This document shows positions 17,597 through 26,542 of a stretch of DNA of 64,000 nucleotides, in pieces. The notes under the pieces are model-generated. The model was not told the DNA's origin. It saw only the letters and a list, made by a program, of their open reading frames with translations, and did not search any database. Both the position numbers and the translations under genes were made by a program. The stretch covers positions 32,001 through 96,000 of IMG/VR virus record IMGVR_UViG_2744054517_000003. One strand, given 5' to 3'. Position 1 is the stretch's first letter; every line of letters starts with the position of its first letter. The stretch is from a virus (lineage: Duplodnaviria; Caudoviricetes).

Positions 17597-17893
17597 AGAC
17601 GATCGGTGCCTGAACCGGATTTACCGGCCGATCGTCCGAGGATGAAAAATCTATGTGAACTACGCCTGCCTAACGGATATTGCCGTATCCGGACGTAGGA
17701 ATTATCGAAGTCGGCCGGTAGTTGGGACGTTGGCGCGTCCTTTCACTACCGACCGGGATTGCCGAGCATTTGGCGCTACTCAGCATTAAAGCAGCGACCT
17801 GTTAGCGCAGGCCGAGCGTCCGCATAGCGACCTCTCCGATTGACGTCGGAAAGTACGGACATTTGATTGGACCGCTCGTTGGCGCGAGGCGGC
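17597..17893 (+). ncRNA. Candidate multi-hairpin RNA or ssDNA element with repeated TTRVCG loops
   Basis: Five perfect stems with loops TTGCCG, TTGGCG, TTAGCG, TTGACG, TTGGCG, plus one weak stem. Confidence 0.55.
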
Positions 17894-17971
17894 CGACCTG
17901 GTAGGGTGTTAAACCGTCTCCTCCCCATTGAATGCCCGAAATGATTGGCGTCATTTCGAACAAACGTAGGT

Positions 17972-18334
17972 TCATTGGAGAACCTGAAACGGAAACTCTC
18001 CGACCATATTATTGAGGACGTCTTGCGTCAGCCATTCGATGACATCACGGCCATGCAGTTTGGTAACGATCTCCGGTATGACTACAGCCGGATCTCGCGT
18101 GACGTTGGTTGCAAGTCTAACGCTAGACGTGTTTCGGTTTTCGATATAAAACCGATTAATGCCCGTCTGGTATATCCGCTCAACCTTTGATAGATAGACG
18201 GTACCCTCCAGTACAAAAAACGCATATCCCGGTTTGACGAGGAAGCCCTCGCTCATGTCGTAATCGAGGTCGTCGTCTTCCCATACGTGCAAAATAACGA
18301 TCTTTTCGAGAACAGAGATACCATCCATACTCAA
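17972..18334 (-). CDS. Hypothetical protein
   Basis: 120-aa ORF coupled to the upstream ORF. Confidence 0.6.
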   Translation of the reverse strand: MSMDGISVLEKIVILHVWEDDDLDYDMSEGFLVKPGYAFFVLEGTVYLSKVERIYQTGINRFYIENRNTSSVRLATNVTRDPAVVIPEIVTKLHGRDVIEWLTQDVLNNMVGEFPFQVLQ

Positions 18335-18531
18335 GCGCCTCCATTCGGAAATACGTTGTTAAATGCTGTATCTAGTTCTTTTAACGTCTCAATTCGTTCG
18401 GCATCGGTGAAGTGCGGACTTTCTAATACGTTGCCGACCGCGAGAACATAGAACCGAAACGCGATCATTAACGCCTCGCCCGTCGTTTCGGAACCAAGCC
18501 GATAATCCGTAAATATTTCCAAGTACGACAT
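18331..18531 (-). CDS. Hypothetical protein
   Basis: GAGGTG RBS, 66 aa. Confidence 0.65.
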   Translation of the reverse strand: MSYLEIFTDYRLGSETTGEALMIAFRFYVLAVGNVLESPHFTDAERIETLKELDTAFNNVFPNGGA

Positions 18532-18624
18532 TACGTCAACACCTCACGAGCAATTAATACGACTGCGTAGATGAATTTTAGGACTGCGACGATACGCTTG
18601 CGATTTTTACGCGATAATACGATG

Positions 18625-19113
18625 TTACGCGTAGTTTATAAATTGCTTACTGCGTTCAATCTGGACGCCTCCCTTCCCGACGATGAATCCGAGTTCCTTC
18701 ATAACGTCCATTGACAGCGTTAAGCTACCGAGCGGTGACCGCCGACTGACTCCCGCTGTCTTCCAGAATGCACGCGGCTGTATGACGAGTTCCTGATGCG
18801 TACCGACGTACCGAACTATGTAGTTCCCTGTGATCGGATCGAGTACGTAGCGAACTTGAGCCGGAGTAACTAGCGGGCGTACAACACGGAAGACTTCGCG
18901 CTTCATTTGTGCGTCTAATTCAAAGCCGAGTTCGACGAGCTGTGCCGGAGTAGCCTCAACAATGTCACCGTAGAGATACGGATTAGCTTGCGGTATAATA
19001 GTGAGGAATAATTCCGATGTAACGCGGAGTTCTTGACGTGAGCAGCCGCTTCCGACCGTGAGGATGACGTTACTTTCGCGACGATTACGGATGAAACCTA
19101 ACGTGATTGACAT
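18625..19113 (-). CDS. Hypothetical protein, first gene of the leftward operon
   Basis: GGAGG RBS; two similar halves ending ELGF. Confidence 0.7.
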   Translation of the reverse strand: MSITLGFIRNRRESNVILTVGSGCSRQELRVTSELFLTIIPQANPYLYGDIVEATPAQLVELGFELDAQMKREVFRVVRPLVTPAQVRYVLDPITGNYIVRYVGTHQELVIQPRAFWKTAGVSRRSPLGSLTLSMDVMKELGFIVGKGGVQIERSKQFINYA

Positions 19114-19212
19114 ATGATTGCGCCTCCTAGCGGAATATATAGGATGAATTGCGTTGATGCTTCGGAACAGTACGATGTTGCTCGGGGTAAAGATGAAACT
19201 TTTTGCGTTCGA

Positions 19213-19283
19213 TTACGTATTTCGTAATTTAACTATAATTACGTTTTTCGTTATTGTCAACACTTAAATTACGTTTTTCGTAT
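19213..19283. promoter_or_regulatory. Divergent switch: three operator palindromes over a sigmaA promoter
   Basis: 3x ATTACG-TWTTT-CGT; minus-strand TTGACA-N17-TATAGT (19260-19232). Confidence 0.7.
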
Positions 19284-19324
19284 TTATATTCTGCTGTGGT
19301 GTTTAAGAGAAAGAGGGGGAAATT

Positions 19325-19570
19325 TTGAGTAATAGGACTCTCGTCTGTGATTTGAAAAATCTTTTACTTGAAAAAGGTTGGGAGCAGAAGAAGCTATCGG
19401 AATTAACTGGTATTCGAGAGGCGACAATTTCGGAGTTAGTAAGAAACAAGAATAAAATGTTCCCACGTCAGGTACTAGAAAAAATTATTAACGTACTGGA
19501 AATAGACGATATAACAAAGCTAATCCGCATTGAGTACATATCCCAAGGTGCCAAAGAAAGTACTGATTAA
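19325..19570 (+). CDS. XRE/HTH_26 repressor of the satellite
   Basis: LKNLL...QKKLSELTGIREATISEL; divergent from the leftward operon. Confidence 0.8.
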   Translation: MSNRTLVCDLKNLLLEKGWEQKKLSELTGIREATISELVRNKNKMFPRQVLEKIINVLEIDDITKLIRIEYISQGAKESTD

Positions 19571-19763
19571 ATGCAAAAGAGCCGTTAACCATACGGCTCT
19601 TTTTTTTGCGTGGATTTATCGAGAGATTCGTTAAGGAATACTATGTCGAAAAATATTGTAATTCTACATGCTTGACCCAAGTAACTCATTTTTGGTATAA
19701 TTTTTTTGTCTAAAGAACAAAAAATAGATTTCCTTTAAGATTATAGATCATGGAGGTGCCATT

Positions 19764-20315
19764 TTGAATAAACCTACGCCTGATTACATTAGAGATACTG
19801 CTGTATCTATTTTGCAAGATTACGATATGGGAATAAAGCAGTCGGACCTCTGGAGAGAAGTTGAGACGTTTTTATCTGAATCTGGTTATGAAATCACTGA
19901 CCATACACTCAAGAACGCACTTTGGGACCTAGAAAAGCAACGGCCGGAGGAAGTTTTAAAGATTAAAAAATCAGCCAAAAATGTAGAACTGCACCCTTTA
20001 GACAATAATTCAGATAAACAAGACGCTTATGACGAAGCGTGGAATGAATCGCTACAGGATAGAGCAATAGGATCATTAATAAACCTTTCAGGCATGGTAT
20101 CAGAAATAACGGTTAGGATTGATTCTTCAGGTATCCATTCTAAATTAGATGAAACACAAGTGCTTTATATGAATGAATACCCCCCTGAAGTAATTGAGGC
20201 AATTACAACTCTTGGCATAGCGCTTGACCTCATGGAGAAAAGCAAAAGTGCCTTCAAAAATATAAGACACGTATGGGCTCTAGATTCCCGGAAGGCTAGT
20301 TTACAAAGGAGGTGA
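19764..20315 (+). CDS. Hypothetical cargo protein (wHTH-like N-terminus)
   Basis: GGAGG RBS; upstream TTGACC-N18-TATAAT promoter. Confidence 0.65.
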   Translation: MNKPTPDYIRDTAVSILQDYDMGIKQSDLWREVETFLSESGYEITDHTLKNALWDLEKQRPEEVLKIKKSAKNVELHPLDNNSDKQDAYDEAWNESLQDRAIGSLINLSGMVSEITVRIDSSGIHSKLDETQVLYMNEYPPEVIEAITTLGIALDLMEKSKSAFKNIRHVWALDSRKASLQRR

Positions 20316-20322
20316 TAACAAT

Positions 20323-20409
20323 ATGAATGTATATGAATCACTTGCAATCATGCTACAGTTTGGACTTGTCATAATTGGTATACTTACACTGGCACAGAAA
20401 AAGCGATAG
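20323..20409 (+). CDS. Putative holin-like type I toxin
   Basis: MNVYESLAIMLQFGLVIIGILTLAQKKR; AAAGGAGGTGA RBS. Confidence 0.7.
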   Translation: MNVYESLAIMLQFGLVIIGILTLAQKKR

Positions 20410-20840
20410 CCTCCCCACCATGAGCTGCTACCGCACAATACTTACAGTTTCAATAATAACGTTTAGTGTAATTACCTGCAAGACTAGGCGTAGCCCTCCG
20501 AGATTGCGTCTTTTACGTTTGTGCGTGGACAAGATAAGAACCGTAACCCTACGTATAGGCTGCGATTCTTTTCGTTTCCTGAAGTCTGCGCATCAAATAT
20601 AATTTCCAACGGTCCGTAAGATGGACGGCTCTGTCGCGACACAAAATTATCAGCTTCTAAAATCAAAAAAAAGCCCGCAATTCTCTACGTTGAGGACACG
20701 GGCTTTTAACGTTAAATTAGGCGTTTATGGCGCTACCCTTACGTGGGTATTCGGAACGGAGTTACGGCGCTTATTTGCGGTGAAATGCGATGATTAAGCT
20801 TAATAACTATGTATATATTTTGTACCACTGTCTTTCTTAA

Positions 20841-21110
20841 TTACCCTCTGTGTGCGCCCGCATACAATCCGCCCAACGCCCCGAGCACGCCACAAGCAAT
20901 AGCAGCGATCATAATTACAGGCCCTTGTATATCACGACCTTCGACCTTCTTCGTAAGGAATCCGAGAATGACCGCGATCGGAGACGTAACCACGGGAAAC
21001 CACAACAAAGAGAGTACAGCAAACGTCCATCCGAGGAACGCGAGCGCGCTACCCTTCCGTTGTTCTTGCCTTTCCGTTGGCTTGTCGCTCTTTACGACAC
21101 CGTTAATCAA
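20841..21110 (-). CDS. Small membrane protein (DUF4190-like)
   Basis: Hydrophobic helices; GGAGGGG RBS. Confidence 0.6.
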   Translation of the reverse strand: MINGVVKSDKPTERQEQRKGSALAFLGWTFAVLSLLWFPVVTSPIAVILGFLTKKVEGRDIQGPVIMIAAIACGVLGALGGLYAGAHRG

Positions 21111-21488
21111 ACCGAATCCCCTCCGTTAACTCACGTTTACCTAATAATACCATCGGACTAGTACGTTGTCACTAAAAGAAAAACGGACCCACCTACGCAA
21201 TCTCCCACGCAAATGAGTCCGTTAAAGTCCGCTACTTAGTTTCTTTCGTCTTTTGTTCCGCTTTAAACGTTGAGTACACGCCAGTCCCGATCAACGCGTA
21301 CGAAACGATGTCTACTCTGCACTTTCTAAGTATCTAATCGATTAGACAATTGGGATGAAATTGTGTAAACTAAAAATGTAACGCATTACAAAAAGAAAAG
21401 GCCGCTAATATCGCAAGACATAGCTCGGCCCTAATCTAATTTGATTGTATTTCACGAAAAATAGCCCACATCCCTGCAAAGATAGCGG

Positions 21489-21563
21489 CTATTTTTTGCG
21501 TTTTATAATAATGACAAGTGTGGCGAACATTATCATAAGTGACAAAGATTCATACACAGTCAT
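21489..21563 (-). CDS. Putative holin-like type I toxin (second copy)
   Basis: MTVYESLSLMIMFATLVIIIKRKK; GGAGGAGGTGA RBS. Confidence 0.7.
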   Translation of the reverse strand: MTVYESLSLMIMFATLVIIIKRKK

Positions 21564-21724
21564 GGGCGGTCACCTCCTCCCTAAAAGAGAGGACCGCTTT
21601 TTGCTATGCCTTGCTTTCTAAAAGTATACACCATCTCCACTCTCACCGCCTACTATTTTATACTGCTCTCATCTATCAAAAAAAATGCCCACCTCCGAAG
21701 AGATGAGCGTCGTTATGCGTTTTA

Positions 21725-22783
21725 TTAGCGTCTCTTTCCTGCGCGAGTCATTCCGAGTCGTGAAAGTGGCGAAAATTGTGAATGACTGTCTCGCATAGCA
21801 CCTTCGTTTACCTTGACGTACCCTTGCGTAGTCTTAATATCAGCGTGCGCTACGATCCGCTGCAAGGTGAAGAGGTCACCGCCATTAAGTAGATAGTTTG
21901 TGCAGAAGTAATCGCGGAATCGGTGCGGTGATACTGGAGTTACCTTCCGATCGATACCCACTTTGTCCGCATACTGGCTTAGTCTCTTTCGGAATTGGTC
22001 GGCTTTTAACGGATCACCGTAATTCGCCAGAAATATGAAGTCCGTATCAAAATAAGAGCGATTCTCTTCCATAAGGATAACCAACTCACGCAAAACACTC
22101 GCCGATACCGGAACAATTCGCGGCTTTCTGTTTTTGTTCATATGGCCCGGCAGCCGAATACATCGTGACGCGATATCCAGGTGAGTCGATTCCAGCCGCA
22201 ACGCCTCATTAATTCGCAATCCTGTATCTGCAAGTAACAACATAAGCGTACGGTCGCGGAAGCCCGCAAATGTATCAACGTCGGCAGCTTCGACTAAATC
22301 TCGGAGTTGTTCATCTACAATTACGCTCTTCTCTTCCGTATCCTTGCGTGGTGGCTTTAGCTTCTCCGCCGGGTCTTCTTTCATCAATCCCTCGGACATC
22401 CAAAATTTACACATTGTTTTCAACGCGCGGAGTCTTGACGCTACCGTTACGGGTGAGAGATTGCACCCTTCTACTCGCCGTTCTGCGACGCCGTCGTATT
22501 TTGTCCGTTCGTAGGACATGTAGTTCATATACTCGCGTAGAATGGCCGTATCGAGCTGGCCTACTTCATCTATCTCCGAGTGATTCTCCATAAGCCACTC
22601 CCGAAAATAACGCCAGTAACTTTGATAGTCTTCGAGTGTTCGTGTCCGTAACTTCTCCGCTCGTTTAGCGTTGAAGAATAGATCGAACCCCAAGTCAAGC
22701 CCGACGAAGCCGACCTCTTTTCCAGACCGCCCACTGCGGCGTTTAGCCGTAACAGCCTTACCCTTACGCGGATCAACTGACAT
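21725..22783 (-). CDS. int: Tyrosine recombinase/integrase of the satellite
   Basis: DTGLRINE, HRFR, AHADIKTTQGY catalytic residues intact; next to att. Confidence 0.95.
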   Translation of the reverse strand: MSVDPRKGKAVTAKRRSGRSGKEVGFVGLDLGFDLFFNAKRAEKLRTRTLEDYQSYWRYFREWLMENHSEIDEVGQLDTAILREYMNYMSYERTKYDGVAERRVEGCNLSPVTVASRLRALKTMCKFWMSEGLMKEDPAEKLKPPRKDTEEKSVIVDEQLRDLVEAADVDTFAGFRDRTLMLLLADTGLRINEALRLESTHLDIASRCIRLPGHMNKNRKPRIVPVSASVLRELVILMEENRSYFDTDFIFLANYGDPLKADQFRKRLSQYADKVGIDRKVTPVSPHRFRDYFCTNYLLNGGDLFTLQRIVAHADIKTTQGYVKVNEGAMRDSHSQFSPLSRLGMTRAGKRR

Positions 22784-22943
22784 AGCAAAAAACCTCCTAC
22801 AAAATACCGTAGGAGGCTCCGTATATATCGCATTTCAGCGCCGACGTTCGTCTATTTTATCGCTAGGAAAACGTTGACCTAGCGTCTGCCTATCCGGAAC
22901 ATTCAACGAGTGACAAACGTTGATATGACGGGAAATTCTAACG

Positions 22944-22990
22944 AAGATGCTGGTGAAGGGAATTGAACCCCCGGCCTACGCATTACGAGT
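22944..22990 (-). repeat. att site, 3' half of tRNA-Thr(CGT), right copy (satellite/prophage junction)
   Basis: 47-bp identity with 6421-6467; identity ends at the anticodon loop edge. Confidence 0.9.
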
Positions 22991-23353
22991 TTGTAGCGAC
23001 AAGGTTTAGCTAGTATTAATAAGACCCAAAACTTTTGCTACATTAGGGTTTTAGGTCTTTTAAGTATCAGTAAGTAACACTATGTTTTCCTAAGTATGTT
23101 TGCACTTTTGTTTGCATTATTAAAGACAAATGTCTGAGATCAAGTCTTCAGAAACAACTCTAACTTTGGTTGTTTCTCCGGTTCCCTTTGTTTTAATGAT
23201 CGCTTCCGCTATCAGGGAAATGTACTCGTCTTTAATATTCTTTTTTATTATAATTGTGTCGTGATCCATTCGATCAACTCCGTTGAAGTATTGTTTACTA
23301 TCAGTCATTTTTCCTGTATACTCTCTTGTGAATCATTCTCAATGAGGTGAAAC

Positions 23354-23575
23354 ATGGCGGCTCCTCAACCTGAACCAGGGAGAAGCCGTTTGCCTGAGTT
23401 GCTAAAAGCAAATAGAATGAAGCAAGTAGATCTTGCTAATTACTTGGGCGTGTCTCCAGCTCTTATCTCGCGAATAATTGCTGGGGAACGTCTTTTTTCT
23501 TATCCATTGGCTGCTAGGGCAGCTTTTAAGCTTGGATGCACAATGGAAGAATTGCATGAATGGGACTTGTGTTAG
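23354..23575 (+). CDS. XRE-family HTH regulator
   Basis: MKQVDLANYLGVSPALISRIIAGER. Confidence 0.85.
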   Translation: MAAPQPEPGRSRLPELLKANRMKQVDLANYLGVSPALISRIIAGERLFSYPLAARAAFKLGCTMEELHEWDLC

Positions 23576-23911
23576 GGCAAACGGTTGTGGGGTATCCCCT
23601 CCCGCTGCCATGGAAATTTACTTAAAGTCAATTTTTTTATCTTTTTATAAACTAAATTTTGTTTCATCTCCAAATGAATGCAAACACTCGTTCCTATTAT
23701 ACCTCATGTTACCAATCGACTCAATGGATTTAATCATCGTAATTCCCTCCCTTTTTTTAATTTTAATTTAAAACCTTTCACCTATATTAAATCCCAATAT
23801 TAGGTGGTTTGGCAACATAAATTCGTCCCGCTGAACTCCTGCCATTTAACGACTTTATTCGACATGATATAGCTTGATTATCGACAAAAAAAGACCGCTT
23901 TTACCTGCGGT

Positions 23912-24283
23912 CTAGAAAAATACGACATTTGGATTCAACACCTCAAGTCTGTTAATCGCTTCATCATATCTGTTATGAGCGATTTCACACCTTTTTGATT
24001 TCTTTGTAATTTCTTCTTCGAAATATACCTCTTTAAACAAAGTGTTGATTTTAACAACATTGTCTGCATTAAAAATATTGCTTCTATCTGCATATACAAA
24101 ATTACTACTTTTGTTTAAAGCATTCATGCAGTATTTTAATGGACCTGTCATGTAGTATTTGTTATCTTCGGTATGTACTACAAGACGATCGATGATCCGT
24201 TTGTAACTTATAAACCATATTGAGTCAACCGGCAAATCAATATACCCTGATAATCCTTCGGCATCAGATGTTACGCTTACCAC
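23912..24283 (-). CDS. Stand-alone LytTR DNA-binding domain protein (no receiver domain)
   Basis: IWFI...LVVHT...LK...LN.SSNFVYADRSNIFN..NV LytTR pattern. Confidence 0.75.
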   Translation of the reverse strand: MVSVTSDAEGLSGYIDLPVDSIWFISYKRIIDRLVVHTEDNKYYMTGPLKYCMNALNKSSNFVYADRSNIFNADNVVKINTLFKEVYFEEEITKKSKRCEIAHNRYDEAINRLEVLNPNVVFF

Positions 24284-24294
24284 AAAAACGCCCC

Positions 24295-24417
24295 CTATTC
24301 AAACAATTCTGATGGCGGTTCCGGGCTGTAAATAAAAGCGATACTTGCGACACTTACAGTTAAAACCGCGATTGAAGATAATACTGTCGCCAACTTAGAA
24401 TATATATTTTGGGTCAT
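24295..24417 (-). CDS. agrD: AgrD-like cyclic lactone autoinducer precursor
   Basis: MTQNIYSKLATVLSSIAVLTVSVASIAFIYSPEPPSELFE; PExP..L tail; directly after agrB. Confidence 0.85.
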   Translation of the reverse strand: MTQNIYSKLATVLSSIAVLTVSVASIAFIYSPEPPSELFE

Positions 24418-24425
24418 GTCCTTAA

Positions 24426-24941
24426 TCACCTCCTTAAGTTAATCAGCGTCAAAGATTGTGCCAGGATGCTTATTGCTATAAAAGGATGAGTAAACCAAAG
24501 ATTAAATCCTACAAGAATAAACGCAGCTACTTTTAGAGCAGAAAAATACTTTGGCGGTATACGGGTCTGTTTCTCTATCCCCGCTGGAGCAAAAAGTAAA
24601 ATTAGAATCATACTGATTCCTGTTGCAATCATAGTCCATTTGTGGTCCAAAGTTATGAACGATAATCCAGTAAACAGAAGCGTGGAAACAACTACGCAGC
24701 CCATACCGCTTTTAAGGTGTACCCCTCCTGTCATTTGTCTCAAGATAGCAAAGGTCATCATTATAGTGAATACTTCCCCTGCTTTACCTGTTAGCAAGGC
24801 TATTATGATCGTTGCCACAGTTATAAAGACTATATTAAGAATCACTGCTAATGCATGTTTCAAAACTGGCACAGAGGCCGGGTGATCTGGTACCACACTC
24901 TTTATATGCTGCGCCATCCGCAAGGCTAGTGGCTCAATCAT
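24426..24941 (-). CDS. agrB: AgrB-family peptide-processing membrane protein
   Basis: LRQMTGGVHLKSGMGC motif (His/Cys); LFAPA. Confidence 0.9.
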   Translation of the reverse strand: MIEPLALRMAQHIKSVVPDHPASVPVLKHALAVILNIVFITVATIIIALLTGKAGEVFTIMMTFAILRQMTGGVHLKSGMGCVVVSTLLFTGLSFITLDHKWTMIATGISMILILLFAPAGIEKQTRIPPKYFSALKVAAFILVGFNLWFTHPFIAISILAQSLTLINLRR

Positions 24942-25572
24942 CTTTAGAAGACAGCTCCTCTCTTTCTTTCACCACTGCATAATACAGAAACAATCCCGCT
25001 ACAAGCGCGAGAACTAATATTATAAACAGAAGGTTGTTGTAAAACATAACAGTTGCAGAAGCGATAAGCCCAACCATTATGAAAGCAATTACTGCTATAT
25101 GCTCCCATTTGAAACGCAACCGTTCAAACTCTGCTGTGAATCCGATTTTGAATTTTAATAATATCCATACAAAAAAGAAAGTCCACGCGCTTGTGACTAT
25201 TTGAACGACTGTCCCGGCTGACGAATACTGCATATCCTCTGTGAAACTACCGAAAAGAGACAAAATAACAAGAGCCTGAAACGCGGTGTAGATAAACATT
25301 CCTGTCATAGCCATGATCGCTGCCCACAATATAGGGACTCTGACCACTGTCGTAATAAGTAATATAAATATTATCGTACTTATTGCAGGAACCATGAAGG
25401 ATAGAGACATTTGTTCTCTCAAAAAAAAGCTAATGAGGTTCATAATCAAAAAAGAAAACAAGCCCGGCCATAAAAATTCAAGAGGTTTAAGCCTATATAT
25501 TGATAACATTAAAGAAAATGCCGCAAACGATTCCACGCTTGAAAATAATAAAAACCTCACCGCTTCCCACAT
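24934..25572 (-). CDS. 6-7 TM membrane protein, AgrC-sensor-like without a kinase domain
   Basis: Hydrophobic throughout; overlaps the agrB start; no H-box or HATPase. Confidence 0.7.
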   Translation of the reverse strand: MWEAVRFLLFSSVESFAAFSLMLSIYRLKPLEFLWPGLFSFLIMNLISFFLREQMSLSFMVPAISTIIFILLITTVVRVPILWAAIMAMTGMFIYTAFQALVILSLFGSFTEDMQYSSAGTVVQIVTSAWTFFFVWILLKFKIGFTAEFERLRFKWEHIAVIAFIMVGLIASATVMFYNNLLFIILVLALVAGLFLYYAVVKEREELSSKDD

Positions 25573-25693
25573 TACATATGCTCCTTCACAATTGGTAACA
25601 AATATGCTTTTATTCTATATTTGTTATCTGTTATGGGCAATGCAATTACCAATCTATTTGGTAATTTTTATGTATTATGTGAGGTAATTATTT

Positions 25694-26026
25694 TCAGTCT
25701 GCGGATATAATATCCTCTAGTTTAATCCAACTAAAATCATCTTCCCCACGAACCAGTTTTACCTCACGTCTAGCGGTGTTAATTGACGTAACTACACCAG
25801 TCATGTCCGTATCGTCAAACGGGCTAAATACGGTCACTGTCACGGCTGTACGTGTATTGTAAGACTCTATTAGAGCCTGCTCAATCAATTGTACTTCCTG
25901 GTCATCCAATTCTGGTTTACCGCGCCGTTGACGGTCCTTCATGAGCTTCAAATAAGCTTCTTTATGTTCTGGTATGATAATCCGGCTGCTTTCCCATAAG
26001 CCGTTACCTTCTAATTTTTTAGACAT
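25694..26026 (-). CDS. yolD: YolD-like protein
   Basis: NGLWESSRIIIPEHKE...KPELD; SOS box upstream. Confidence 0.85.
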   Translation of the reverse strand: MSKKLEGNGLWESSRIIIPEHKEAYLKLMKDRQRRGKPELDDQEVQLIEQALIESYNTRTAVTVTVFSPFDDTDMTGVVTSINTARREVKLVRGEDDFSWIKLEDIISAD

Positions 26027-26065
26027 GTATGTAGCCTCCTGATGTGTTATGTAGAAATTATATTC

Positions 26066-26079
26066 CGAACACTTGTTCC
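26066..26079. promoter_or_regulatory. LexA (SOS) box
   Basis: CGAACACTTGTTCC upstream of yolD. Confidence 0.8.
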
Positions 26080-26135
26080 TTACAAGGGATATCATTTCCA
26101 GTACGTAAAAAAATAAACCTCAGATTATCCGAGGT

Positions 26136-26408
26136 TTAATATTCCGTAAAATATCTATTCGCATCACCCGGCGACATCGGTCTACTTCGTCCGCGCTCCC
26201 AGCCCTCTATAATAACGATATGCCGCGTATCTGACTGGTCTTCCCAAGTAATATAGTTATCCTTCTCCAAGGCCAGCAGTCCTGCCTTTATATCCGTTAC
26301 ACTCCTACCTGTCTTGATCTCCAACTCATTCATAGTTGGCATTCGTCGTTTCTGTGCAAAAAAGTTGTAAAGAATACGCAGTAACTTACGCTCGATGTCT
26401 GGTAACAA
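26136..26408 (-). CDS. LexA N-terminal-like wHTH protein
   Basis: ERKLLRILYNF...RMPTMNEL...L..LEKDNYI; SOS-like CAAACATGAGTTCT at 26439-26452. Confidence 0.65.
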   Translation of the reverse strand: MLPDIERKLLRILYNFFAQKRRMPTMNELEIKTGRSVTDIKAGLLALEKDNYITWEDQSDTRHIVIIEGWERGRSRPMSPGDANRYFTEY

Positions 26409-26542
26409 AGCGATCCACTCCTTTGTTACTATTATATACAAACATGAGTTCTTATAAAATAAAGAATATTATTCCAAAAAAAACACTTCACAGCCTTGCA
26501 TAATGATATCATATGTGATATCATGTATTTAGGAGGTGAGAC

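Larger units (their letters stand above)
6421..22990 (-). mobile_element. Integrated ~16.5-kb phage satellite-like element (int, repressor, rep, scaffold, MCP, TAC, TMP, TerS-like)
   Basis: 47-bp direct repeats; intact integrase beside the right repeat; partial virion gene set. Confidence 0.85.

Noticed and set aside
21234-21315. Holin-like C-terminal fragment (VDIVSYALIGTGVYS…)
   Set aside because: No convincing start or RBS and too short to assign
6421-22990. cf-PICI or simple defective prophage
   Set aside because: Lacks the portal, TerL, protease and connectors that define cf-PICIs; intact att/int and scar-free gene packing argue against decay, although this is not excluded
24934-25572. 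AgrC histidine kinase
   Set aside because: No H-box or HATPase; its stop overlaps the agrB start, leaving no room for a frameshifted kinase
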